Assembly: GCA_036263255.1 (NCBI GenBank)
Contig: DATAHI010000087.1
Coordinates: forward strand, 1 to 36,122
Reading direction: 5' to 3'
Length of the DNA stretch: 36,122 nt
Source of the DNA: Oxalicibacterium sp.
GTDB lineage: Bacteria; Pseudomonadota; Gammaproteobacteria; Burkholderiales; Burkholderiaceae_D
Shown here: in pieces, positions 27,426-36,122 of the stretch
Position numbering within the stretch: the stretch's first letter is position 1
Layout: every line of letters begins with the position of its first letter
The notes under the pieces: model-generated
Database searches by the model: none
What the model was told of the DNA's origin: nothing
The model's input: only the letters and a program-made list of their open reading frames with translations
Position numbers and translations under genes: made by a program

Positions 27426-28310
27426 ATGAAACGATCTTTCCTTCCCCTGCTATGTCGACTTTTCTGCATGCTGGTATTGGCTAACGGCGCAGCGGCACAT
27501 CATGCACACGCCGCCGAACCTGCGGTGGAATTACACGTCGGCGAACAGAATCAAGTGCTGCCGCGCAGCGAGCTCCTGAAGAATCCGGCGGTCCGCACCA
27601 TCGTGATTCCCAACGACGTTGCCTACAAACGAACCATGACCTACCGGGCGTTGCCCTTGAAAGCGCTCGTTCACCTTGATCAAGTTCAGGCACTGCAATT
27701 CAAGGCGGAAGACGGTTTTGCCGCCACGCTGCCTGTCTCGCTGCTGACCGGCGCTTCGCAACCCTGGATCGCAATCGAACCGCCGAACGCTCCCTGGCCG
27801 GAACTGAAGCCGGGCGGTCGCAGCGCCGGCGCATTCTATCTGGTCTGGCTGTCGCCGGAACGCAGCGGCGTCAGCCCGGAACAATGGCCGTATCAGATCG
27901 CCGCCATCGCCGCATCCGAAGCGCTGCCCGAAGCGCATCCACAGATCCTGCCGGATACGTCGATCCCGAAAGACAGTGCCGAGTACCGCGGCTTGCAGGT
28001 GTACAGCGCGCACTGCGCCAGCTGCCATCGAATCAACGGCGGTGGCGAGGCGAATGTCGGCCCCGATCTGAACCTGCCATTCAATCCGACCGAATATTTT
28101 CAGGCGAGCTTCCTGCGCCGCTACATTCGCGACCCTGCTTCGGTGCGCAGCTGGCCGAACATGACGATGCCCGGCTTTCCGCAAAGTGTGATCAGCGAGC
28201 CGCAGCTGAACGATCTGCTGGCGTATCTGCGCAGCATGGCACGACACCGCAACGGCGCCAAAACGACCGAGGTGCCGCCCACGCCAAAAGATCCGACGGC
28301 CAAGGAATAG
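27426..28310 (+). CDS. Exported mono-heme c-type cytochrome with an uncharacterised N-terminal domain
   Basis: Signal peptide ending AHA, CASCH heme motif, GPDLN, distal MP; start uncertain. Confidence 0.8.
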   Translation: MKRSFLPLLCRLFCMLVLANGAAAHHAHAAEPAVELHVGEQNQVLPRSELLKNPAVRTIVIPNDVAYKRTMTYRALPLKALVHLDQVQALQFKAEDGFAATLPVSLLTGASQPWIAIEPPNAPWPELKPGGRSAGAFYLVWLSPERSGVSPEQWPYQIAAIAASEALPEAHPQILPDTSIPKDSAEYRGLQVYSAHCASCHRINGGGEANVGPDLNLPFNPTEYFQASFLRRYIRDPASVRSWPNMTMPGFPQSVISEPQLNDLLAYLRSMARHRNGAKTTEVPPTPKDPTAKE

Positions 28311-28316
28311 ACCGAC

Positions 28317-29222
28317 TCAGGCAGATTCAGACAGCCCGTCCTGCGCTTCCGCAAAGAAGCGCGATTGCAATTCCTCCAGCCCCAGAGTTTGCAGAACTTC
28401 CTGCAAACGCTCGCTCGGCCGGCGCCGCGGCAGGTCCTTGTAGCTGGCGATGATCAATTCATTCTTCATCGAGTGCTCCCAACCGACCAATTCGGTTACG
28501 TTCACCTGATAGCCGTGCGCCTCGAGCTGCAGACAGCGCAGCACGTTCGTTACTTGGCTGCCGAATTCACGTGTGTGCAAGGGATGGCGCCAGATCTCGG
28601 TCAGCGGACTGGCCAGCGCCCTGCTCTTGTTCTTCTTCAGGACCGAGGCAACCTCGGCCTGACAGCACGGCACCAGCACGATGAAGCGCGCCTGCTTCTT
28701 CAGCGCGAAGCGGATCGCATCGTCGGTCGCCGTGTTGCAGGCGTGCAGCGCGGTCACCACATCGATCTTTTCCGGCAAGCGGTCCGACACAATCGATTCG
28801 GCAACCGACAGATTGAGGAAAGACATGCCCGCAAATCCCAATCGCTGTGCCAGCACTTCCGATTTCTGCACCAGCTCCTCGCGCGTCTCGATACCGTACA
28901 CGTGAGGATTACCCGGCTGATTCTTGAAGAACAGGTCGTACAGGATGAAGCCGAGATAGGACTTGCCCGCACCGTGATCGACTAGCGTGAAGTCGGAGTG
29001 ATCCTGCGCCACTTCCTGCAGCAGCGGTTCGATGAATTGATACAGGTGATAGACCTGCTTCAACTTGCGGCGGCTGTCCTGATTCAGCTTGCCGTCGCGC
29101 GTCAGAATGTGCAGTTCCTTCAACAGCTCAATGGATTGTCCGGGGCGAATATCGTGCGGCGTCGCCTGTGTCGAAGAAGGAGAGTCGTCGGCGGGACGCG
29201 CTTTGCGTTGAGGCTTGGTCAT
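28317..29222 (-). CDS. Class I SAM-dependent methyltransferase (Methyltransf_32-like)
   Basis: VDHGAGKSYLGF, ALHACNTATD and VPCC motifs; start moved to MTKPQR. Confidence 0.85.
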   Translation of the reverse strand: MTKPQRKARPADDSPSSTQATPHDIRPGQSIELLKELHILTRDGKLNQDSRRKLKQVYHLYQFIEPLLQEVAQDHSDFTLVDHGAGKSYLGFILYDLFFKNQPGNPHVYGIETREELVQKSEVLAQRLGFAGMSFLNLSVAESIVSDRLPEKIDVVTALHACNTATDDAIRFALKKQARFIVLVPCCQAEVASVLKKNKSRALASPLTEIWRHPLHTREFGSQVTNVLRCLQLEAHGYQVNVTELVGWEHSMKNELIIASYKDLPRRRPSERLQEVLQTLGLEELQSRFFAEAQDGLSESA

Positions 29223-29511
29223 GATGAGGCAGTGGAAGAGATTCGCCGTCACTATAGGCACTTTACCCGCAGGCGGCAACCGGCGCAGCGGGAACCATGC
29301 ACACCCGCACCAGTCCGATTGCTGGCCGTGCTCCGGCCGGTGCATCCTTCCCTATGAAAACACCGATCATCTGCCGGAACGCATGCTATCTTGGCATCGT
29401 TCTTCAACGCCGCAATCAACCGTTTTCAGCCTGACTTTGCCGACCGCTGCCGTTCATCTCCATTCTTATTGCCGATCGACAAGCACACGAGGCTTGTGCT
29501 GGCTGCGTGCC

Positions 29512-31272
29512 ATGCTGCTGTTCACCTGCCTGCAGCTTGCATGGGCGCCTGCTGCGCGCGCGCAGGATCAAACGGATGACAATGCCGCGTCCAATCAGGC
29601 TTACGTCATTGAGATCGATGGCGCTGGCGACTTGCGCTCCCTGCTGAATGACAATCTGGATGTAGCCAAGCATCAGTCCGACAAAGACATTGGGGCGGAC
29701 GAGGTATTGCGGCTGGTGGGTGCAGCACCAAACCAGATTCGCGCGCTGCTTGCCACCGAGGGCTACTTTTCTCCGACCGTCACGCACGAACTGGACAGAA
29801 ACAGCACGCCCTGGGTCGCACATTTCCGCATCACGCCCGGCCCACCGACCACGATTGCCTCGGTCGATCTCGCCTTTACTGGCGCGATTGCCGGCGGCCC
29901 GCATGCGGACGAACAACGCATGGCCCAGCTGCGGCGCCGCTGGAGTCTTCGCGAAGGCGAAATCTTCAGGCAGAAGGATTGGGACAATGCCAAGAGCGCT
30001 GTGCTGAAGTCGTTATTGGTGCGCGACTTTCCGGCTGCCGCTATCACGCACAGCGAAGCGCGTATCGACCCGGTGAGCAACAGCGCGCAATTGTCGGTCA
30101 CCGTCGATTCCGGCCCTGCGTTCACCTTCGGCGACTTGCAGATCGAGGGATTGAAGCGCTATCCCTCGCGCATGATCACCGACCTGAATCCGATTCGTCC
30201 GGGCGAAGCGTATTCGCAGGAGAAACTCAACGAGTTGCAGGCACGCGTGCAGGACACCGGTTATTTCCGTTCGGCCTTTGCCACGGTCGACGTCGATCCC
30301 GCGCATCCGGATCGTGTGCCGGTGCGATTGGATCTGGTGGAAAACGAGCGCAAGCGTCTTTCGCTCGGTCTTGGCTTTTCGACCGACGCCGGCCCGCGCG
30401 AACAGATCAAGTATCTGGACCGCAATTTCCTCGGTCGCCAATGGCTACTGGAATCGGCGCTGAAACTGGATCGAGAAACGCGCAACATCGGCGCCGACGT
30501 GACATTGCCGCCACTGCAGAATACCTGGCGCCCCAGCTTCGGTTCGCATTACGAATACACCGATACCGAAGGCGAGATCAACGACAAGACCGTTACCGCA
30601 GCGCGGCTGACCAGTCCGGACAAGAACAATGAAAAAGTGTGGGCGCTCTCGCTGTACACCGACCATCAGCGCATCGGTGACGATTTCGAGAATAATCGCA
30701 AGGCACTGGTCGGCTCCTTTACCTACACGCGCCGCCGTGTCGACAACCTGATCACACCTTCGCGCGGCTACGTGGCGTCGATCGATCTCGGCGTCGGGCC
30801 GGCCGGTCTGCTCAACGAGAAAAGCTTGGCGCGCGCTGTCGGCCGCATCACCTATCTGTCGCCTTATTACAAGCGGTGGCAGGCCGTGCTGCGCGCGCAA
30901 GTCGGACAGGTGTTCGGCGCCGACCGCGACACGGTCCCGGCCGACCTGCTCTTCCGCACCGGTGGCGACCAGACCGTGCGCGGTTACGGCTACAACACGC
31001 TGGGCGTCGAACAGGATGGCGCCATCGTCGGCGGCACCGTCACTGCCGTCGTCAGTGCCGAACTCGTCTATCGCATCACGCCGCAATGGGGCGCTGCTGT
31101 ATTTACCGACGCCGGCAACGCCGCGGACAGCTGGCGCAATTTCCACTTCGCGCAAGGCACCGGCGTCGGCGCGCGCTGGCGCAGCCCGATCGGTCCGGTC
31201 AATCTCGATCTGGCCTACGGTCACGACACGGGCAAGATCCGCCTCCACTTTTCAATCGGCTATGGCTTCTGA
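29512..31272 (+). CDS. tamA: Translocation and assembly module outer-membrane subunit TamA (Omp85 family)
   Basis: Signal peptide ending ARA, POTRA-like EGYF and TGYF segments, FRTGGDQTVRGY, GVGARWRSPIGP..LDLAYG, C-terminal F; start uncertain (TTG 29437 possible). Confidence 0.9.
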   Translation: MLLFTCLQLAWAPAARAQDQTDDNAASNQAYVIEIDGAGDLRSLLNDNLDVAKHQSDKDIGADEVLRLVGAAPNQIRALLATEGYFSPTVTHELDRNSTPWVAHFRITPGPPTTIASVDLAFTGAIAGGPHADEQRMAQLRRRWSLREGEIFRQKDWDNAKSAVLKSLLVRDFPAAAITHSEARIDPVSNSAQLSVTVDSGPAFTFGDLQIEGLKRYPSRMITDLNPIRPGEAYSQEKLNELQARVQDTGYFRSAFATVDVDPAHPDRVPVRLDLVENERKRLSLGLGFSTDAGPREQIKYLDRNFLGRQWLLESALKLDRETRNIGADVTLPPLQNTWRPSFGSHYEYTDTEGEINDKTVTAARLTSPDKNNEKVWALSLYTDHQRIGDDFENNRKALVGSFTYTRRRVDNLITPSRGYVASIDLGVGPAGLLNEKSLARAVGRITYLSPYYKRWQAVLRAQVGQVFGADRDTVPADLLFRTGGDQTVRGYGYNTLGVEQDGAIVGGTVTAVVSAELVYRITPQWGAAVFTDAGNAADSWRNFHFAQGTGVGARWRSPIGPVNLDLAYGHDTGKIRLHFSIGYGF

Positions 31273-34200
31273 CACCGGCTCCGCACCGCATCCCGCCGCA
31301 CCTCGTCCAGCCGCGCGGCGTCTTTTCGCGCGCGTGCTGCTGGCGATTGCGGCGCTGCTGCTCGCCATCTGCGTCGGCCTCGTCTGGCTGTTGCAAAGCG
31401 AACGCGGCACGCAGTGGCTGCTGTTGCACGCGCAGGATTGGTCGGCAGGCACGCTACAGATTACCGACGTCGACGGCCGCTTGGCCGGTCCGCTGCGTAT
31501 TGGCAAGCTCACGATCGCATTGCCAGACAAGACGATCGTGCTTCAGGACGTGCAACTCGAATGGCAGCCGCTCGCTTTGCTGCATGGACGCTTGCACGTG
31601 AACTCGCTGCACGTCGTCCAACTGGCGCTTGCCAGCAAGATTCGGCAATCGGGTAAACCGATGGAATTGCCTACCGACCTCGGCCTTCCATTGAAAGTGC
31701 AAATCGACCGCATGCAGGTCGATGGCGGCGAAATCGCATGGGGGCCGATGTCGCTGATCACGCTCGGCAGCTTCGCTTCGCAACTCGATTACGATGGCCG
31801 GCGTTATCTGCTGAATCTCGAACGTTTCAGCGCGCAGACGCATCCGGGCGAGCAAGCCTTTGAGGGCAACATAAGCGGCACGGCGACGCTCGAAGCGACA
31901 CGGCCATTTTCTCTGCAGCTGGCGCTGGACAGCGAGAGCAGCACAAGCTTGCACGAACGAACCGTCAGCGCGCGCGCCCACCTCGGCCTGCAAGGTACGC
32001 TAAGCGACATGCAGGCGAGCCTTGAACTGCGTGCCGGCGAGGCAACAATCTCGGGCAAGGCACAGCTGCAGCCTTTTGCCGATAGGCCGCTGGGCGCAAG
32101 CGATCTGCAGATCAGGAATTTGAATCTCGCCGAACTGATGCCGTCACTGCCGGCGACGCAACTGAAGGCAGCACTTCACGTCGATGCGCAAGGCGCCGGC
32201 CAGCTGACGATGACCAACGCAGCGGCCGGCCTGTGGAACGAACAGCGCCTGCCGCTCGCATCACTCCTGCTCAGCTTTACGCAAGACCACGCGCAATTCC
32301 GCTTCGAACGCATCGATGCCATGGCAGGTACGGCCCAGCGGCCTGCTGGCCGCGTCCTTGGCAGTGGCCGCTACGCGAATGGTGCATTGACGCTGAATCT
32401 GAAAACAGATGCATTGGATCTGAAGAAAATCGATGCACGCATGCGCAGCACGCGCCTTGCCGGCACGCTTGACGTTCGGCACGCCGACGCCAGACAAGAC
32501 CTCACGCTCGCGTTGCGCGAACCGCTCGCGCGCAATGCGTTGACGCTGAACGCGCACGCGCTGATCGGCGACGATGTCGTCAAACTCGATCGCTTCGCGC
32601 TGCGTGCAGGCAGCAGCGCAATTGATGCGAATGCCCACATCGGCTTGAGCGACGGCCAGCATTTCGAAGCACAGGCGTCGGCACGCAACTTTGATACGCG
32701 CGATCTCGGCGATGGCGGCGCACTGCCCGCACTGCTGCTGAACGGTGATTTTTCGATGAAGGGGAAACGGCAACCGGCGCTGGAAGCGGAGCTTTCTTTC
32801 CGTATCGATCGCAGCCGCCTCGGCAGCACCAAGGACGGCGTGGCGCTGAGCGGCGGTGGGCGCGCCCAGTTGCGCGCCGATACGCTGGACATCTCGGTCA
32901 TGCAATTGCAGGCAGGCGACAATAGCCTGCGCGCGCAGGGCCGGCTCGCCGAACGCGACGCACGCATTATCTATGTACTGCACGCGCCCGCATTGCAGCA
33001 GCTCGGTCCCGCTTTTGGCGGCAGTCTGCAACTCGATGGAGAAGTACGCGGCAGCGTGCGGCAACCGCAGCTCACCGCGCAGTGGGAAGGCAGACAGCTG
33101 CGCCTGCCGAATGCGCTGCGTATCGACGCCACGCAAGGCAAGGCCACGCTCGGCTTCGATCGCGGCAGCGCGCTATTGCTGGCAAACGCCGATGCCGATG
33201 CGAGCGTGAGCGGCGCGCGCATCGGCCAGCAGCAGATAAGCAGCGCAACGCTCAAGGCGCGCATGGCGGCTGCCGCCAACGCACCGCTGTCGATCGGCTT
33301 GCGCATGAACGGAATCAATAGCAGCCATCTCCTTGCCGACAATTTCGCGCTCGATGTAAGCGGGACTACCGCGCGCCACCAGTTACAGGCAGAACTGAAC
33401 GAACGAGAACAGCACTGGAAGGTCGCGGCTTCGGGCGGCTTGCAGGACGTGCAACGTGGACCTCGCTGGCAAGGAACGATCGATATGATCGATGCGAACG
33501 GCCAGCTGAATGCCAAACTGTCCGCACCGGCACCGTTGCAGATTTCGCAGCGGCTGGTGCAACTCGATCGCTTCGCGCTGGAAGCGGAAGATGCGCGCAT
33601 CGCCGTCGAACAATTCGTGAAACAAGGCGATCGCATGAGCACGCGCGGTCATTTCGAGCATCTGCAACCGATGCGTCTCCTCAGCTATTTTCAACCGCAA
33701 ACCGCAGTCGATGCCGACCTGAAGCTGGCCGGCAACTGGGACATCAGGAGCAATGGCCAGATCGGCGGAAGCGTTTCCGTGCAACGCGAGAGCGGCGACG
33801 TGCGTGTATTGGGCAGTACGCCCGTCACCTTGGGCCTGACGGATCTGAATGCCAATGCGCAAATCGATCGAGGCCGGCTTTCACTGACGCTGCGCGTGCA
33901 AGGCCAGCGCCTAGGCCACATTGCGCTCGATGTATCGACGGCGCTCGGGCAGGGACTTGCACCGGCACCGAATGCTCCTCTGTCCGGCAGCGCGCAAATC
34001 AACACGCCGGCACTTGGCTGGCTAGGGCCGTTGATTTCGCAAGCGGTGGTGGCCGAAGGCAGCCTGCAAGCCGACGTGCGCTTCAGCGGCAGTATGGGTG
34101 ACCCACATGTGTCGGGTCAGATCGCCGCCGATAAACTGCGTCTCCTGTTCACCGATACCGGCATCGATCTGAAACAAGGAACTTTGCGCGGCGAATTCCA

Positions 34201-35230
34201 GAACGATCGCCTGCTGATCAAGACCTTGAACTTTCAGAACGACGGCACGCTTGCGATTGCAGGGCCGATCAGTCTGGCCAAGCAGCAGCTCGCACTGGAA
34301 CTGACGATCAATGCGGCGCACTATCGGCTGCTGGACCGTTCCGATCGCAAGCTGGTGGTCAGCGGTAGCAGCGTAGTTGGCTGGCGCGAAGGCGCATTGC
34401 AGGCCAGGGGCAGCTTCACTGCGGATTCCGGCTTCATCGACATCGGCACTACCGATGCGCCGCAACTGTCGGACGATGTCGTGATCGTCGGCCGCAGCCC
34501 GAGGCAAGCCACGAAAACCGTGATCGCACTCGATCTCGGACTTGATCTCGGTAAAGGCATACAGGTCAAGGGGCGCGGCCTCGATGCGCTGCTGCTGGGC
34601 CAGATCCGCCTGCTCGCGAACGCGGGTGATACCCTACGCGCCGAAGGCAATCTCAGTGTGAAGTCCGGTACGTTCAAGGCCTACGGCCGCGAACTGGCCA
34701 TCGAACGCGGGCAACTGCGCTTCAACGGCGCCCTGAATAATCCGGCGCTTGATATTCTCGCCATGCGCAAGGATCAGGAAGTAGAAGCCGGTGTCTCGGT
34801 GGGCGGCACGGTACTGGCGCCGCGCATCACGCTGGTATCCGACCCGGTGGTGCCGGATGCGGAAAAGCTGTCGTGGCTGGTGCTCGGGCATGGTTTGTCC
34901 AGCGCCGGGGGCGGCGACGTGGGCGCACTACAGGCTGCAGCAAGCTCGCTGCTGGCTCAAGGTGCGGCGTCCGGCCTTTCCTCGCAATTGGCGACGGCAT
35001 TCGGACTGGACGACTTCAGCGTCGGCACCAGCAACGACAATCTGCAGGAACGCATCGTCACACTGGGCAAGAAGATTTCGTCGCGCCTGTATGTCAGCTA
35101 TCAGCAGGGCCTGGAGAGCGCGAGCAGCGTACTGCTGCTGCGCTACACGCTGACGCGACGCGTTTCGCTCGAAGCCGAAGCCGGTACGCGCAGCGCACTC
35201 TCGCTGTTCTATAACTTCGCCTTCGATTGA
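31262..35230 (+). CDS. tamB: Translocation and assembly module subunit TamB (DUF490)
   Basis: N-terminal TM anchor, long beta-rich body, AYG..L.IERG...F.G...NP.LDI.A.R, LSWLVLG, GKKIS.RLYVSY; overlaps the tamA stop; start MASDTG. Confidence 0.92.
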   Translation: MASDTGSAPHPAAPRPAARRLFARVLLAIAALLLAICVGLVWLLQSERGTQWLLLHAQDWSAGTLQITDVDGRLAGPLRIGKLTIALPDKTIVLQDVQLEWQPLALLHGRLHVNSLHVVQLALASKIRQSGKPMELPTDLGLPLKVQIDRMQVDGGEIAWGPMSLITLGSFASQLDYDGRRYLLNLERFSAQTHPGEQAFEGNISGTATLEATRPFSLQLALDSESSTSLHERTVSARAHLGLQGTLSDMQASLELRAGEATISGKAQLQPFADRPLGASDLQIRNLNLAELMPSLPATQLKAALHVDAQGAGQLTMTNAAAGLWNEQRLPLASLLLSFTQDHAQFRFERIDAMAGTAQRPAGRVLGSGRYANGALTLNLKTDALDLKKIDARMRSTRLAGTLDVRHADARQDLTLALREPLARNALTLNAHALIGDDVVKLDRFALRAGSSAIDANAHIGLSDGQHFEAQASARNFDTRDLGDGGALPALLLNGDFSMKGKRQPALEAELSFRIDRSRLGSTKDGVALSGGGRAQLRADTLDISVMQLQAGDNSLRAQGRLAERDARIIYVLHAPALQQLGPAFGGSLQLDGEVRGSVRQPQLTAQWEGRQLRLPNALRIDATQGKATLGFDRGSALLLANADADASVSGARIGQQQISSATLKARMAAAANAPLSIGLRMNGINSSHLLADNFALDVSGTTARHQLQAELNEREQHWKVAASGGLQDVQRGPRWQGTIDMIDANGQLNAKLSAPAPLQISQRLVQLDRFALEAEDARIAVEQFVKQGDRMSTRGHFEHLQPMRLLSYFQPQTAVDADLKLAGNWDIRSNGQIGGSVSVQRESGDVRVLGSTPVTLGLTDLNANAQIDRGRLSLTLRVQGQRLGHIALDVSTALGQGLAPAPNAPLSGSAQINTPALGWLGPLISQAVVAEGSLQADVRFSGSMGDPHVSGQIAADKLRLLFTDTGIDLKQGTLRGEFQNDRLLIKTLNFQNDGTLAIAGPISLAKQQLALELTINAAHYRLLDRSDRKLVVSGSSVVGWREGALQARGSFTADSGFIDIGTTDAPQLSDDVVIVGRSPRQATKTVIALDLGLDLGKGIQVKGRGLDALLLGQIRLLANAGDTLRAEGNLSVKSGTFKAYGRELAIERGQLRFNGALNNPALDILAMRKDQEVEAGVSVGGTVLAPRITLVSDPVVPDAEKLSWLVLGHGLSSAGGGDVGALQAAASSLLAQGAASGLSSQLATAFGLDDFSVGTSNDNLQERIVTLGKKISSRLYVSYQQGLESASSVLLLRYTLTRRVSLEAEAGTRSALSLFYNFAFD

Positions 35231-35304
35231 CGGCAAGCGCGCGAACCGTTCTGCGCGGCAAGGATCATACTAGCAACAAGTCCTCAAAAACGAAGGGAGT
35301 AGCC

Positions 35305-36122
35305 ATGTCGAATAACGACGCGCAGCAAACGGAGCTTGGTCATCCGCACCGCATTGTGGTTGTGGGCGGCGGCGCCGGCGGACTGGAACTGGTTACCGCG
35401 CTAGGCGACAGATTCGGTCGACAGAAACGCGCTAGCGTCACGCTGGTCGATCGCTCACCCACCCATTTATGGAAACCCTTGCTGCATGAAGCCGCGGCCG
35501 GCGTGCTGGACGCGAACGCCCAGGCACTCGACTATGCAGCGCAGGCGCGCTGGCATCATTTCACTTTTCAGCAGGGCAGCCTGAAATCGCTCGATCGGAC
35601 ACAGCGCGAAATCACCGTCGACGCCGTGCTCGACGCCGACGGCTTCGAGTTGCTGCCGCAGCGGCAAATTCCTTACGACACGCTGGTACTGGCTATCGGC
35701 AGCGTGACCAATTTCTTCAACACGCCGGGTGCCGCCGAACATGCCACAGCGCTCGATACGCTGGAGCAGGCCGAACACTTTCGCCGCCGCATGATCGCCG
35801 CCTGCATGCGCGCCGATCTGAAATCCGCGCAGGTGCATATCGTGATTATTGGCGGCGGTGCCACCGGCGTCGAACTGTCGGCTGAATTGCGCAATACGGC
35901 TGAAGTGCTGGCCGCGTACGGCATGCACCATCTGAATCCGCGGCGCGACGTTCGCATCACCGTCGTTGAAGCTGCGCCTCGCCTGCTGGCCGCCTTGCCG
36001 GAGCGCGTGTCTCAGAAAACCGAGGAGTTGCTGCACAAGCTCGACATCGATGTGCTGACCGACGAGAAGGTATCGGAAATCCATGCGAACCAAGTGCTGA
36101 CTGCGAATGGCAAGACCCTGCC
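35305..36122 (+). CDS. ndh: Type II NADH dehydrogenase, 5' part (runs off window)
   Basis: Manual translation: RIVVVGGGAGGLEL, HLWKPLLHEAAAG, IIGGGATGVELSAEL; SD GGGAG before ATG 35305. Confidence 0.92.
   Translation, partial: MSNNDAQQTELGHPHRIVVVGGGAGGLELVTALGDRFGRQKRASVTLVDRSPTHLWKPLLHEAAAGVLDANAQALDYAAQARWHHFTFQQGSLKSLDRTQREITVDAVLDADGFELLPQRQIPYDTLVLAIGSVTNFFNTPGAAEHATALDTLEQAEHFRRRMIAACMRADLKSAQVHIVIIGGGATGVELSAELRNTAEVLAAYGMHHLNPRRDVRITVVEAAPRLLAALPERVSQKTEELLHKLDIDVLTDEKVSEIHANQVLTANGKTL

Overview
A GC-rich chromosomal segment that looks betaproteobacterial (Burkholderiales, probably Oxalobacteraceae-like, inferred from protein sequences and gene order). It is mostly core genome, in this order: ispH(partial)-fkpB; radC-rpmB-rpmG; paiB; desA-type desaturase; mscS-rsmB-like-purN; secreted RNase plus barstar; patatin; exbB-exbD-lpxK-ycaR-kdsB-adk; a KGG stress protein; xseA; sodB; cysP-cysT-cysW without cysA; two small DxDxDG-tailed exported proteins; an FAD oxidoreductase; nhaR divergent from yccA and a zinc-ribbon gene; beta-carbonic anhydrase; lpxR-like; a YbaY-MliC fusion; GIY-YIG; a cytochrome c; a methyltransferase; tamA-tamB; and ndh(partial). 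I see no rRNA, tRNA, CRISPR array, IS element or prophage. The best leads are (1) a non-origin DnaA-box trio with a nearby IHF-like site that resembles a DARS core (13794-13857), (2) an NhaR divergon with no nhaA in the window, (3) a 59-codon ORF missed by the ORF track that has its own RBS, structured leader and terminator, (4) a pair of exported proteins sharing a putative Ca-binding tail, and (5) several probably leaderless genes. All family assignments come from reading motifs by eye; no database search was run.
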